The notes under the pieces are model-generated. The model was not told the DNA's origin. It did not search any database and saw only the letters and a program-made list of their open reading frames with translations. From assembly GCA_036172245.1 (NCBI GenBank), contig JAYWIR010000017.1:806001-870000 (forward strand): 64,000 bases of DNA, in the 5' to 3' direction. Within the stretch, counting starts at the first letter, position 1; each line of letters opens with the position of its first letter. This document shows, piece after piece, positions 47,416-61,019 of this stretch. The position numbers were made by a program, and so were the translations under genes. Source of the stretch: Raillietiella orientalis. Its lineage: Eukaryota.

Positions 47416-50400
47416 TTTACAGTGATTCTGGGTCTCTTCTGGGTCTGGTCTGGTTAACGATGGCGCGGGCATGTCGCCTGGAGCCAGCTCCTTCGACTCG
47501 CCCCCACCAAGAAACCCGTGTAGGTGCCCACATGAGCAACGGGGTGCCCAAAGAAAGGGTTCGTAGACCGCGGTGATATTCCTGCGGACCTGAAGTTTCG
47601 AAGCGAAGGATAAGCGAGAATGGAAAAGACAGCAGTCATTTCCCTTCCAGACAAGAGTGTGGGAACATTCTTGGTTGGAAGACCACTCCATCGTCATGGC
47701 ACTGTCGGATGTCCAAAAAGTGCTAAAGGAGGCGGAGTGCTTCTTCTCATTTAGTAGATCAAATGGCAGTACCGCTGCACCCGCATCATCCTGAGACCGC
47801 CGATTGCTTTCTAGTGAATGTTCTCACCAGCAGACTCCAGGCTAATTGCATTAAAGCTGGGAAGACGAATCGTGTCCCGTCATGTGCTTTATCGGCTCCA
47901 TGAGTCATCGTCTGATCTTTCCTTATCCTAATAGATGCCAAATGTCGGGATTTATCCCAGGTCGATCAGCCCAGGACTTGAGATGATATTTTAGAAAAAT
48001 AGCCAACCTCGAAGTGAATTCAAAATCATTTCTCTTAGTGCACTTCGTCCATGAATGCACAAAATATGGGAATCTTCTTCCAGCTTCCTGGACTGCGATG
48101 ACACTTCAAAGTGACTAAGAAAATAAAAGCAATATGTTGAGACGAGATTCCCGGAGGCGCTCGATGCCACACACCCTACTTTGCAGACTTGCAAATTCCA
48201 TAGTCTCAGGCAAAGGCTCTCAGTTTGCAAAGTTTTCCGTGGATCCTGAGGATCTCCAGCAGATCTCAGATCTTCATAGCGAGCACCTGAGTCGGTGCAG
48301 ATCACAAGAATGAAGCCTCCCGACTGCAAAAAACTCAAGTGATCTTCGATGGCACCATCGAAATTTGGATGGTCCCCAATTCGAAGATGTCTTTCGTTCC
48401 ATCTTGGTGATGCTGCGAAATGGCTGGCCTCTCTTGTTGGGTAGGGGAACAGGAGTTTCCGTTTATCAAAGTGGATTCGTGCCTTTCTCCCTCGGTTGAC
48501 ACAGCAGAGAGCATCTGATGGATAGGATAGCATTTGCACGGGAATGCAAATTAACTCGAGTGGTGTCTGTAGAGGTCGAATCGCAAACATCCCCTATTTG
48601 TATACTGGAATAGCCCTATTAGCTCTCTCATTTTCTTTTGTCGACTCTTTTTTCCTTGGGGTTACTTATCAGTTATTCTTTAGGCTTTCGGAGCTCGACA
48701 CTTTGCATTTACGAAGGAGGATGTAATGAGATGCTTCCTTCATAATGACAGCAACACAGGAGCAACACTGATCTGGAAATAACTGCAAAGCAATTTCAGT
48801 CTAATCACTCACTGCTTTGCATTCTTTGAGTCGTTGTTTTTGCTGTTGAAGCGGTTCCCCAGACATTTTTTTTTCCCCAACAGCATATGCCCTTAAAGGT
48901 CCAGATCGAATCAAATGCTTCCGATGCTTAAACTGATGAAGCTGGCAAAAACTCCACAGTCTGTTTTTTCTTCCTTAAAGTATCTGATTCGGCAGTACCT
49001 TAGGAGTGATCTTGGTCGATTCTGAGCCTTTACTGGCAGAGTCGATGTAGGCACCGATGCAAACTGAGCTGGAGACTTCGCAGATCAACGCAAACCGAAA
49101 ATGAGGTTGGGCCTGTTGTAGGTACCCACCCTTGAAAAACGGGAACAGGTAGCTGTGCTCCTAATGTATGATGAATTTGATTCCGCACTCTTTTTGGATC
49201 ATGAGGCAATTTTCAGGGTAGTTTCAGCTTGGTACAGCAGTTAGCAGGTGGGATTTCCTCTGCTGAGTTACATTCTCTGGACTCTGGACAAGTATGCTCG
49301 GGATACGGTGGTCTCTCAACAGACTTTCGAGCAGAGGTCTCACTTAAAATTATTCTTTCGTGGAGTATTACTTCCTCTTTGCTTGTCCCATCTTCAGTAT
49401 TTTACTCCATGTTTTCTGTCTTGATTCTCCTCTGCGTTTCCTTAGTCCCCAGAGTGCTCTCGACTCACGTCTGAATTGTGCTCAGACATCCTCACACGAA
49501 AGCAGGAAATAGCAGCGATTCGTGAGTTTGGGTCGCAGTCCTGTGCTCAAAGAAAGTAGATTGTGGATCGGTCGACGGCAAACATGGAAATCTTATCCTC
49601 CCGTGACCCCAGCACACGGTAGCACGAGTCAGCGAGCGGCACCTCAAGCATGCTAAGAGTCTTGAGCTTGCACATTTTTCAGCTTTCCTTCGTGGAGCGC
49701 TCGAGGGAAGCAGAACAGACGGATCAGAGACTCTTCAGCTTCTTTCCAGCTCGGGGGGATTCAGCGAAATGTCTCTGAAGCCACTCAGAATAATAAGAAA
49801 CGAACTTTCTGAGAAATGAAAATTATTTTTCACAGCGGAATCAGCGTGTAACTGGGATCTTAAAAACAGCTAAGATGGACGGACTAATCTTTGTATCCAA
49901 TGTCCCTTGCCATGTCGTGGGCGCACTCAGACCACTCGCCAGCCTGTAATGATAGTCCAGTTCGTATCTCAAGGAGTCTCGAACTATTCAAGACCAGGAC
50001 ACTAATAAATTTCGGTCACTCTTGTGCACAAATATCTCTTCAAATCACTCGATTCCAAAATGTATAAAACAGTTCCCAACATACGCCAGCCAAGTACGCT
50101 TTTTTTTTCCCCTCACTTCAGTTTCTGAGGATTCCCGAAAGCAGCAGCCTTATGTCTTTCCTCATAAACGAATTGTCTAGAACACTGCTGCATAAGGAAG
50201 GACTTTTATCCGATTCCATAGGGCATCTAAATTGTTCTGCTCCTGTGGTGACCACTGCAAGAAAAACATCTCAGTACATTGAGAGAACCTCAGCTTGGTT
50301 CGATTCGCAAGGTTTTTTTTTTTTTGTAATGGGGGTAGAGGTGTTTTTGGCAGTTTTCTCATGATTACAGGACCTTCATAATATCAAAGGGAAGAAATCG

Positions 50401-53049
50401 GGATGGAAAAAACGGGCTTGTTAACTTCGCCTTCAAATCATGACGGCGAGAGCTCTGAAATAATTTATGATCGGAAAGAAAAGTTAGCTTTCCGGGCCGG
50501 GAGCGAATTTCGCGGAAATTCATTTTCTGCTTCTCTTGAGATTATGAGTTGGAATGAGAAGCTTTGCCAACATCGTCAATAGCAGATTATCTTGAAATCA
50601 AAAGTACTTCAAGTGTACTTCAAAATCATTTACTTCCGATTTAAATTCCGTGATCATACAGAATGGAACAGTTTTTTATGACGGCGAAACAAGATTACGT
50701 TGGAGCCATTCCTGCTTCTGCTCATTAGCTCCTGACTTGTTACGCATGCACTGAGAGACAACGAGGTTTCTTTCCACATTCCGCGGAACGCTTTCCCTTC
50801 CCCATGTGTAACTAACCAACATCTCCAAAGGATTGGTCATTCGAGTCTGATTTTCAAAAGAAGTGCTTTCCAAATTATAAGAGCTCAGAGGAGGATAACT
50901 GAATGTTCCGGAAGTTCCGGAGAAATCGGAAATTGTGTCCCAGTGTCCCGATCAGATCTTCTGGAAAAGGATTTTACTCCTAAAAATTCCTATGTGGGTA
51001 ATCAGACTGCCCACTGCATTCTTCCGGACTGTCTTTGGCTGGAACAAAAGACAAGCTGCCTTCCTGCTACCGCAGGGAATGCGACTTTTATTCCACGAGA
51101 AGAAAGCGTTCTTAGCGGGAAGGAAATTCAGCACTTGCAGGAGCCAACGTGGAGAGCAGGACGTGCATCCACGAAAACGTTTATGTATTCGTAAGAAGTT
51201 TCCTGCCAGGAAGATCTTCCAGATAGTGATCATTGCTTGAGTATTCACGTTTAGACTCTTTAATAGCTCAGGGATGGCTTTCGTAGGAAGGCTATTAGCG
51301 ATCTTTCTCAATCTCTTTAAAGAGCGTTCCCGATTTCCATACACAAAATCTAGCCACCTTTGTTCCAGCTAGCCGATTTTGTAATTTTTCCTGATCTCCT
51401 TGCCGATATTGTACGTGCATGTCTTGGTGCACTTTCGATCGTGGTATTGTTCACTGATGTATTTGTCGGTAATTATGGCACCCCGTCGTAGTGCGATCAA
51501 CTTTTGTAGCGTTACGGCGAAAAAGATTTGTTCTTGGTAAACTGCTATAGGTGACCAGCCCTCCAGAAATTATATCCCTGCAGGGGGTTTTGCATCCTTC
51601 AAATAGAGCTCAATCAAATCCACTCTTTGAAATTCTTGTTCTCAATTCAAAGAATGTTATTTAGAAGAAAACACTCATCTTTCATCAATGCACTTAAAGA
51701 ATCCTCATCAATGGATGGGTTTTCCAGGAATTCTTGGAACCAAAATGATCCGAAAAACTTCCAGCTTCGGTAGCATCAGCAATGCTTTTTCTTTCTTTCT
51801 TTCTTCTTCCTCTTCTTCTCGAAACGCTCTGGGAATTTTTGCTTGAATGGTCATTGTTCCTCGATTGAAGAACTTTAGTTATCCTTACGACATTAGCGGT
51901 AAACTTTTGAAACGAAAGTTATAATGTTATAAGCCATCTTGAAGATTCATGCCATTTAAAATCAAAGAACCCATGCTGACTTCCGATGTTAGTAATTAAG
52001 AAAACTGCGCATTTAATTTTGCGCTAGCACTTCAAGCAGAATTTGAGAACACGAATGCATAAATTAGTCACACCTGAATCTCCGACTGCAACTAACGATA
52101 CAAAAAGGGAACCTAACTCAGAATTCCCGCGATGTCTACGGTTTTTTGTAAACTGTTTAATACAAGCACTGTATCCTAACGAGCCACCAGATGAAAAATG
52201 AGGCTGGACGCTTGACGGAGCAACATTACATAGAGGATCCATTCGGCAAAATGCTCACTCCTGGCTTTATTTTTCAGCGACTTTTTGGAAATTGCTAGCG
52301 GGTTTCACCTGAGTCAACTGCATCGACTTGTTCACGTGATTTGCTCTCCTTGACACGAAGGAATATTTTGCGTCTATCAAAGGGGCGTCTCATGAGCCGA
52401 CTATGAGCATCAGACATCTGCTAAAGAAGCTCGGTGGAAATGAAAACAATCCAATTCACAAAAAGCAAATTCAATTCCAGAAAAACAAATAAAGAAAGTC
52501 CAGAATGCTGGAGTCCCTTTATCACTCTCATAGCTCGAATAGTAAAAGTGAATCATCCAGGGTGGCATATCCATAGGACTCTCTCACACTCGCATTTAAC
52601 CGTCTTATTTGAAATCGAAGGAGGCGAAGGAAGAAATGTCCATACAGATACCCTCTCTGTGGAATCTGGACGTGGAGACAAGTCATGCGCTGACCAAAGC
52701 TTCTTTTAGAGAGAACTAAACTTCTTAAGAACGAAGCGAACGTGCTTGGAATCTTGTGCATCCTGAAGACAACTCCACATAGATGGTTGCTTCCTAGAAG
52801 GATAGGATGGTGCTGGCTTTGAATAGGAATGGGAAACAGGCCACGATCTGCCCTTTCTCGGACACACCAATAGTGGCTTCTGCACGCATGCGGAATGCTT
52901 TTCACATGCGTTCTCAGAAACAAAAAGCCACTGTTTAGTGTTGGAAATATTCGTGCTTGGAAACGAAGAGTTTTCTTTTTTTTCGTTCGCTAAGTACCTC
53001 AGAGCCGGTCGCGTGCCTCGCGGCGCACGTGGCTCTTTAAACACACTGT

Positions 53050-53910
53050 TAGGTTCCACGCCTCTCTCCTGCGACAACCCCGCAGGGGGGCGTGTAATCT
53101 TCAGTGTAATTCTTCAGGATAAGGGGCACCCCGGGATGGGGCACCGACCTATGATACCAGGAAGGGCTCGGAGTCCATTCCTCTCACGTTTGGGGAGGGA
53201 TCCCCCCGGACGGGGGGGATCGCACCTTCCACCCTGGTTGTCTCCGAAGGGGAACTCCGAAGGGGAACTCCGAAGGGAATCTCCTTCCTCATTCTCTCCG
53301 GAGGGACACCCCCCCTAATGGGGAGGGGCTGTCCTCTCCATTTCAACTTCATTTCAACTTCTCCGAAGGGAACCCGGAAAGGATCCGTTAGTAGGAATTT
53401 CTTCTCTGGAGGGAACCCGCAAGGGAACCGATCCTGTTCACTCTTCTGAAGAGAACCCCGAAAGGGACGCTTCCGAAACTCAGAAGGGGCGCTGCAGCTT
53501 CCCGCAGGGATCGCTCTCGCTTGCTTCCTTGCACTCTGTGAAGAGGCGACGACTCGGAGGTCCCCTTGCAACAGGGGGGGTCCTCTCCTTTGAACAACTG
53601 GAGAGGTGTCCGTGAGGGCTCCTGCTCCATCTTGAAACCGGAGAGGTCCCCTCTCCGTTGCACGACAGGAGGGGGAACTCCCCACTCTATTCCTGGAAGG
53701 ACCCGAAGGTCTCCCATTGTTCCGTCCTTCATCGGGGGCCTCCGGCTTAATCCAACGCCAGTGCCACGCCCGAATGATTAGGCCAACCAGCGCCATTGCA
53801 GGAGAAACTTGGAACCCAACGACGCAATGGCGTCAGTTTCTGCCGGAGTATTCGAACCCGCGACGCATGGTGCCACGAGCGGAAGCCTTAACCACAAAGC
53901 CTCCGATGCG
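53050..53910 (-). mobile_element. tRNA-headed SINE-like repeat, copy D
   Basis: A-box-like TGTGGTTAAGG (53886-53896) and B-box GGTTCGAATAC (53848-53858) on minus; body shares GGTTCCCTTGCGGGTTCCCTCC and CCCTCCGGAGAGAATGAGGAAGGAG with copies A/B. Confidence 0.8.
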
Positions 53911-53944
53911 GGCCTCTTCACAGAGTGCAAGGAAGCAAGCGAGA
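53515..53944. repeat. Perfect 33-bp inverted repeat pair (53515-53547 / 53912-53944)
   Basis: TCTCGCTTGCTTCCTTGCACTCTGTGAAGAGGC and its exact reverse complement, 364 bp apart. Confidence 0.95.
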
Positions 53945-55092
53945 CCAGGAGTTGACTGGTTGCTCCGTTGTGGAAGAAGAAATCTGTTTTTATCTCATTA
54001 GCATCCCATGATTCATTCGCTCTATAGCCTCCTGCCAATCTCAAGCTCAAATTCGAGCTGCTCTTGAAAATAACGAAGATTCGGGCTTCCATGATGTCCT
54101 ATGATTTTTTGCAGTTGTCCGCACTTTTGTCCCTGAGTTCTTGTACCTTGAAAATTTCGAGAAAGCGAACACTAAACGAAGTGTAGAGAGTGATTTTCCC
54201 CCTCTTTTTTCCTGCGCTTCGTGCCTCCTGTATCTCCGTTCCTCTTCCCCATTTCTCCTGATCTTAACCTTTATATTTTTTTCTTGAGAGCTTTCAGAAA
54301 CCTCCTGTATGTGATCAGCAGGCATTGAAAACAATTCTTGCAAGCATCATTTCATCTCTTTCAAAAATCCAATCGAATTGCAAATTTATCGTGATCGCGG
54401 AATAACAAATCAGTTGAATCCAGGGATGGATGAGACTTTCGTTAGAATGGAAGAATAATAGGGTAAAGGGGGAGTGGGGTTTGACGCAATCTGCAGAAAA
54501 AAAGGGGGAATATGTGACAAAATAAAGCGAACCTCAATTGGCAGTTCTGTAGCGGCCCTTGACAACAAGGAGCTGCTGTCCAGAGCGCACCTACTGTCCA
54601 GTTTCTAAACTAGCATCCTTAAAGAGGACAATTTGTTATGATAGGCAAGGATAGGAATCGGACCAAAAAAAATCAGCTCAGTCTGTAGGAGTGTCGCCAG
54701 CATGAAATGTACCTTCCCTCCTTTGTTCATTTATTTGTTTTTCTTTATGTTTCTCTTTTTTCAGATTCTGCACCCATCACTGGGTTGCTAAATCCTGCAT
54801 TGAAGTCTTCGCCAACATGGCTTAATTATGGACCTCTTCCACAATTACAACACTCTGCTCACGCCGAAGCACCGTCGCAAACCAACAACGAAGAAACATC
54901 ATTGCTGGCCCAGAGTCCTTTAGTAGTGGCAACCCCACTGATGAGAAGTGAGTGGCGGACAGTCCCTGTCTGATATGCAAAGCACGAGCGACCTCGAGAA
55001 CCGGCACGTGCAGACGGATTCTGTCCTGCATCTCCCTTCCCTGAACCTTCCTAGCCCTCAGAAGTTCACTGATAGCGCGGAAAATGGCGTAG

Positions 55093-56320
55093 ATGGAGAT
55101 TTCCGACAACCTATTCCTGGTAGATGATGCCAGCAACAGAGAGCACCTTGGCCTGCAGCTGGAAAAATATGGAAAGCTATCCCAGGTGTCAGTGAAATTG
55201 TTTCTCACGAGAAGGATTTTTTCTGGCTTGACCAGACACCTCTTTTAGCTACCAGTCATGCTATAGGACATTTCTAGATGAGCATTGTGAATGTACAGAA
55301 GGAAGGTTAGAACCTCTGCTGCCCCGCATTATTTTGAACCGCACCACAGTCACTTGCCCAGTCCTTGACGTCATTTCCGATCAAAGTTCAAATACATTCC
55401 CGCATCCGACATGATGTGGGGAGGGTGCAACTGGAGGATTACGTTCCGGTGGTACCGAGTGCCGAAGAGAGAGACAGACAGGCGGAACGGCGGCCATTCC
55501 GTGTCGTTGCATAGTTCGACAATCGCCGGCGGCCTTTTTTTCCATTGACCGCGAATATTTCGAACTCCTCGGTGAACGCGACAAAGGGATGGAAGTCTGG
55601 GGATCCGCCAAATTGGAAATATCCTTCCGGATTTGGACCTGTGGCGGAATTCACGAGATCTTCACCTGCTCGCACGTCGGGCACGTTTTCCTGTACAAGT
55701 CCCCTTACCAGTTTCTGGGAGGTGTGGCCAAGGTGATTCACCGGAACAGTGCCCGTGTGGCTCATGTCCGGCTGGATGAGTAGAAAGACTTCTACTTAGA
55801 AATAAATCCTGGTGACCGGAACATTGAAATGGGAGACGTAGGCGACCGCAAGAAGCTCGGAAAACGCCTCGCCTGTCGTTCGTTTCGTTGGCAGCTGCAG
55901 AACGTTTATCGGGAAACCCACTTCCCTCTGAACTACTACTACTTGGGAGAAGTGTAGAATGCAAAGACGGGCCTGTGTTTGGACACGATGGCCAGAAAGC
56001 ATGGTGGGAAGCTGGGAATCGTGGGATGCTACGGGAATAACCAGGTGTTGTTCACCCAGAACCAGCAGATCATATCTGACGACAACTGCCGCGATGGGAG
56101 CTCATCGATGTCCTTCAAGTTGCTGCAGTGCAACAACCAGAGTGACAGCAGTTAGGAGTGGCATTACGACAACGCCACGGAAACCCACCGTCACTTGCAT
56201 ACCAATATGTGCCTGTCCCCGTATGGGCACGTGACCACAGCCATCCTTACCTGGAACTCTGCGATGGATCTGCCAAGCAGCAGTGGGTCACGAAGTCTCT
56301 CCTTCGGTGGCAGCTCACAA
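55093..56320 (+). pseudogene. pgant5: Processed, 5'-truncated pseudogene of polypeptide N-acetylgalactosaminyltransferase (pgant5/GALNT1-like)
   Basis: Colinear motifs [79 protein letters not shown] and the ricin domain CLDTMARK...QQW...RWQ. In-frame TAG at 55781, 55955 and 56153, plus frameshifts near 55250, 55385 and 56220. No introns over about 1.2 kb. Confidence 0.9.
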
Positions 56321-56779
56321 TCTCATCACCGCAACCTCATGATGTGATCAACATGACCCAGCTTTTCTGTTATATGAAAAGCCCAAAGGTTAAGTTTAAG
56401 GTTCTCCCAAAGTTCACACGTTTATGATCCGGTCATAAGCACAAGGCTATTCGAAATCCAGCGGCGGAAAACAGGAGCGAAAGATGGCGTGACACCCGCA
56501 TCGTGACTGCCAGCACAATATATCCGCCGACTACAAAATTACCAAATAGTCTGGTTGCCGTTGCTTCACAATCTTTCAGTCCCATTTTCTGAGCAGGTTT
56601 GGTACTTTTGACTTCGGGTCAGATATTGTTTCTGATACGCAGCGAGAAGATTCAGAAATCAGAATATATGACCCTAAAATCCTGTTCTCAGTCCTGGCTG
56701 CTGATGTAGATGTTGTTCGTTTTAACCACACTCTCAGAGCTCGAGCTAAAAAGCAAAAGACAAGAGGGAGGAGAAGGCA

Positions 56780-57350
56780 TCAGACTTTTGTATTCCGGGC
56801 GCTGATAGACTCCTGGGTAAGTTCGGTGCTTATGGGACAAGTGAATGGACAAGCCATTTGACAATCTTCGCCCTTGTCTGATCCGGAATCAATTTATATC
56901 GATTTATGATTTCATTTGGTACAGCAGTTGCAGTAGTTCGTGTTAATTCCCAGTTCAGGGAACCAAGGGAAAAGCATGAAATGCAGCGGGCGGCATCACC
57001 GCAAGCGAGCCATATGAGTGAGCCATACGGTGCAGCGTGAACGTTGAGCAAAAACCAAAATGATTCGCACTGCAAAGTCCATAACACCTTTTGACGAATG
57101 CGCAAGCACTCACCATGGCAAAGTCGATAGACTGAAACTCGGAGTTTAGCTGTGCTTTGTGAGTCCCGGACGGTTTTCTGAAAATGCTAGACAAAGTGAG
57201 TGTATCGATCAAGAACTGGTATCCTCGTTTTGGCACAACGTCTCGACATGAAACTCGGTGCTTCTGGAATACTCATTCATCCCGTTTGTCCCGAGACATC
57301 TGTATTTGTCCTACACCGCATTTAGCAGTTCTTTCCAAACAAGCACTCCA
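56780..57350 (+). mobile_element. Ty3/gypsy integrase fossil
   Basis: HCKV, SPWQS, DGFLKML, NWYPRFG, ICICPTPH in order. Confidence 0.45.
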
Positions 57351-58199
57351 TTATATGTTGTTGTCGATCCCACTAGAGGGAAAAAGCTAATGTTGAAGAA
57401 CTGAGGAAACCATGGATGGGTGCCATACTTAAGGATATGCATACGCTGAAGATTTTTTGAGAGGTCTCGTTACCAAGATCGAAACTTCTGCTCGTGACAA
57501 TAAGCTCGAGGGGTTTCAAACACATCTGCAAATTCAGCAGCTCGTCTGATCAGCTAGTGACCTTGAAGGAAAGCTCGGTACTGATCCGTTCCCTAAACTC
57601 ATCCATTTTGCGTTAGGCTGGAAACGCAACACCAGCTGAAAGGAATTCTGATGGTCACGGGCACCTAAGATGAACTCGTTAAACAATCTGCTCTCATATT
57701 TGTATTATTTTCTGGAGAGCGCTTGGTCCATTCCCTGGGAGAGTTTACTTATAAGTGCATCCGAAGATACTTTCCATTTCTGATAAATAGGAAGTCTAAG
57801 CGAGAAGAAATGAACTCATACAAGCGTTGAAAATTTCATTTGCATAGACTCCTATGACCACATCTGAGGCAGAACAATCCATGTGTCATCTAGATCGACA
57901 TGCCTTCTAGAGACAGCCCAGACAATCTCTCAGAAAAAAATGGCATGGAGGATACTCCTTCCTATTCGATTATTCCTTCCTATTTCAATTTCTTTCCCAT
58001 CCCAGTAAACGCTAGAACTGTACGCGGAGTTGTTTCTCGAGGTACGAACTGGAAGGCAACCTCATGTTGAAGAGATAACTTTGAAATATTGCGAACTGAA
58101 AGTACATTCTCCTGAATGCTTACTAACCCGGAAAGCTCTAACACAAGTTTGTTACTGCAGCGGATGCAACGTTTTCAGCTTGATCTTCTCGAGTTTTTG

Positions 58200-59810
58200 C
58201 ATTCATGTTCAAACATACCACGAAACTGGAGCCATTTCTGCAAGGGTCACCAGAAAACCATCGTCTTGACGGCATGCATTCTTTTTCACCATGGAATCCT
58301 CTTAGTTTTATACATATGTCCAGATTGTATGAAAGCTGCGCCAACCTACTTCATCCTGCTAAGATACTGACATATTCTGAAAGTTCCTGTAACGAATGAT
58401 TGTTCCAGTCTCCATATATCTACAGGGAATGCTCAGTAAATGGCATCCGTGCGGAGGGGAAAAAAGTCTTCAAGAAGATACAACTGCTTAAATTTTAAGA
58501 AGAATTAGAAAGAATTTTGAAGGAATGCGTCTTCACTTAGGAATTTCGAGAAATTCTCCAAACAGCCATCGAGATAGTATTACCTATTTCTAATACCTCT
58601 GTTTCAGGTGGATGTTGTCTAAAGGGGAGAAAGAGAAACATTCGATCTAGTAGCTGCTCCGAAAGCCTTACGCTGGAGAAAAAATGCTTGGTATCTTTTA
58701 AAACATGGAAAATTGCAAATGCATAATTTTCGAAACCGCTTTCCTGGATGGAATAAGGTCTTCTCTTATTTAGCAGCAATGTGATTGTGGAAATTTCCAT
58801 CATCCGTTTTTTATGGCACAGTGTTGGATACTGTTTCCTCGCAAAATGCTGGTGCTTTGGTCGACAAGAGGTAATAAAAGCAGCGAACTGGCTCCGCAAC
58901 AACGAGAAACGAACACTAACGCGAACGCAGCACATATTTCAGACATGAAACTTCCATTAAAAGAACGCGAGTGCGTAAACTCCAGAGGAAGGAGAGCTCC
59001 TTGGAACTGGAAATTCTGTTATGCCTTGTCAGGTTGAACAAACGGAATGGAGAGCAAAAAACGTACGCAAGAATCAGAAATCGGATAATTAATTGGGGAC
59101 AAGTAATTATCCAGCATTAGAACGTTCAGGTATTAGTTGAAGAATACCACTTACCCCTGCTTTCCTTCAGACTTCAATTTAGTTCTTCTAGTCCATGACA
59201 AAAATCCTGCTGGTTTTTCTTCTACTCAGTCTGAAATAGAAAAAAAAAAAAACATCCACATCCTTGATTCAGCAAAAGATTGCGTGGTATTTCTATGAAT
59301 GATCGTAACTCAAGGATATGAACTATTTCCTGTTGAAGTTCCTTTTCATCAACTTCTACAAAGTCTACAAAGTCGACGGATCACACTCCAGTGAGTTCGC
59401 ATTTGGTGCTTCCAGCTTGAAACAGCAGTGTAAACAGATTGCTTTCAGCTATTTAAGAAATTCACGAGGGGTGACACCTGACCTTTCAGTCACTCTCGCT
59501 TCTCCCAGAAGGCGTTCAGCTGATCACCCTGGCAGTGTGACTAGGTATACCCCCCATCTCATGGACCGAAATTTTTTCCTATAAGTGAATGATTCGTGCA
59601 TCAGTTCTTCCTGCAATGGTATGATGGGAAACGGAGGTCTTCTTTAAGAGCAAGCCATCCATTCACCTTCACAAGTTGGCACACATCTTGCTTTACGGTT
59701 CTGGAACTGTGAGGAAGGTGACGTAGAGGATATTCGTTTTCTCATGGCGTGCCGAAGAATAGCAAGCTGACGATTACTGGTGCAGCCACCATGAGGGAGC
59801 TCGTATGGAC
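58200..59810 (+). mobile_element. BEL/Pao integrase / C-terminal fossil
   Basis: QCWILFPRK, MKLPLKER, APW..YA, LTPAFLQ..FF, YTPHLM, RFWN in BEL order. Confidence 0.55.
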
Positions 59811-61019
59811 GCCTAAATCTCCAAGGAAAGGAAGGAAACGCGAGAAAGCAACCCAAGGGCTTAAGGATATCGTATCGAAGAGCGCCCAAGACAACTGCTC
59901 CGATTTGCCTCACAGAGCATCCGGAGCACACATCTGACATGCAGCAGGGGACGGAACGAGAAATGACTACGTATTGGAACAGCACCAAAAGGAAGTGTAA
60001 ATAGGTCGGTTGACGTTTGTTCTCTTTGTGTGAAGTACGGCATGCATCTTTACGTATCTCAAGCGGGGAAAGTGGCGTCCACTGCACCATTCAACCCTTC
60101 TCAGAAAGACCGTCAAATGAATTCTCATGTGATCCTGACTTGCATCCTCCAACGTGAACAATTTGATCTCGCTTTTTTTTATATTTTTTAACTTCCTTGC
60201 TTATATGTCAAAAAAGTCAGCGATGATTGAAAAGAAGCTCCATTCAACATCTAAGCGTACAAGAGGAAACTCGCAAAAATAGTCCGGATCCGTCTCAATG
60301 AAAGGTTATAAGGCATAGTTTTCTGATAGAAAAATGCTCCAGATTTGTCAGCTTGCATTGCTCAGCGCTATTTCTGATCTGCTCATGGAGTCCGAGGATG
60401 TAGCTGCGTTTAGAAGAGGGAACGTTCTCATTGAGGGAACTGCAAACCTCATTCGCGGGTAACATCGATACTAATGTGCTTCTTCATGTGAATAAAGATT
60501 TAATTAATTAACTTACATTGCTGAAATGCACCATCATTAATTTGTACTCATCAACCAATGCAGAGAAGCGGCATTGTCATCTGGCAGTACTTATTTCAAT
60601 TTCGAAACCAAATTCTCTTCGCTCAAGAAATCACCAGATCTTATTAATGCTCTTGCAAGACGCCACAATACTACAAAGTGATCCCAAGTCCATAGCTATT
60701 TATCATTTCTAGTAACGTGGAACAAGTGTTCAAAATGCTTTTTGATCCTGAAGACAGAAGAAAAAAAAAACTCATGCTACGAGGTCAAAAGAATTAGGTT
60801 CCGAGACAAGTCTCTAGCGTCTGCTGTCACTGCGATGAATTGCATGGCTTGAGGTATTCTTTTGATGCGGAAGTCCTGGGTTGCATTGGGCAATTTCTTT
60901 TTTCCATGAGTGGGACACGAGAATTTCCTATGCATTCCACTGCCCTATGATGTGAAAATGCCTTGGCTTGGAAGTGTACCAAGACCTCTAGCTTTCGGAA
61001 ATATCTACTGCCTGCTTTT

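Larger units (their letters stand above)
45600..48560 (-). mobile_element. Ty3/gypsy pol fossil split by nested SINE C plus LINE
   Basis: RT/RNase H-like motifs at 47650-48560 (LNSLRGW, SFNAI, AGAAVL). Integrase at 45650-46370 (LPPERRERI..KSVAECPC, GIGFVFCLP, GADKINRRI). Confidence 0.5.
50680..54340 (-). mobile_element. Ty3/gypsy pol fossil split by SINE D
   Basis: QELFS linker (54330), DRGLFPIP..IPSTFASFL (RT, 52730-52860), HYNFRFKSLP, ELLKSL..RGCTSCS, FSWNK, NVERN in order. Confidence 0.5.
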
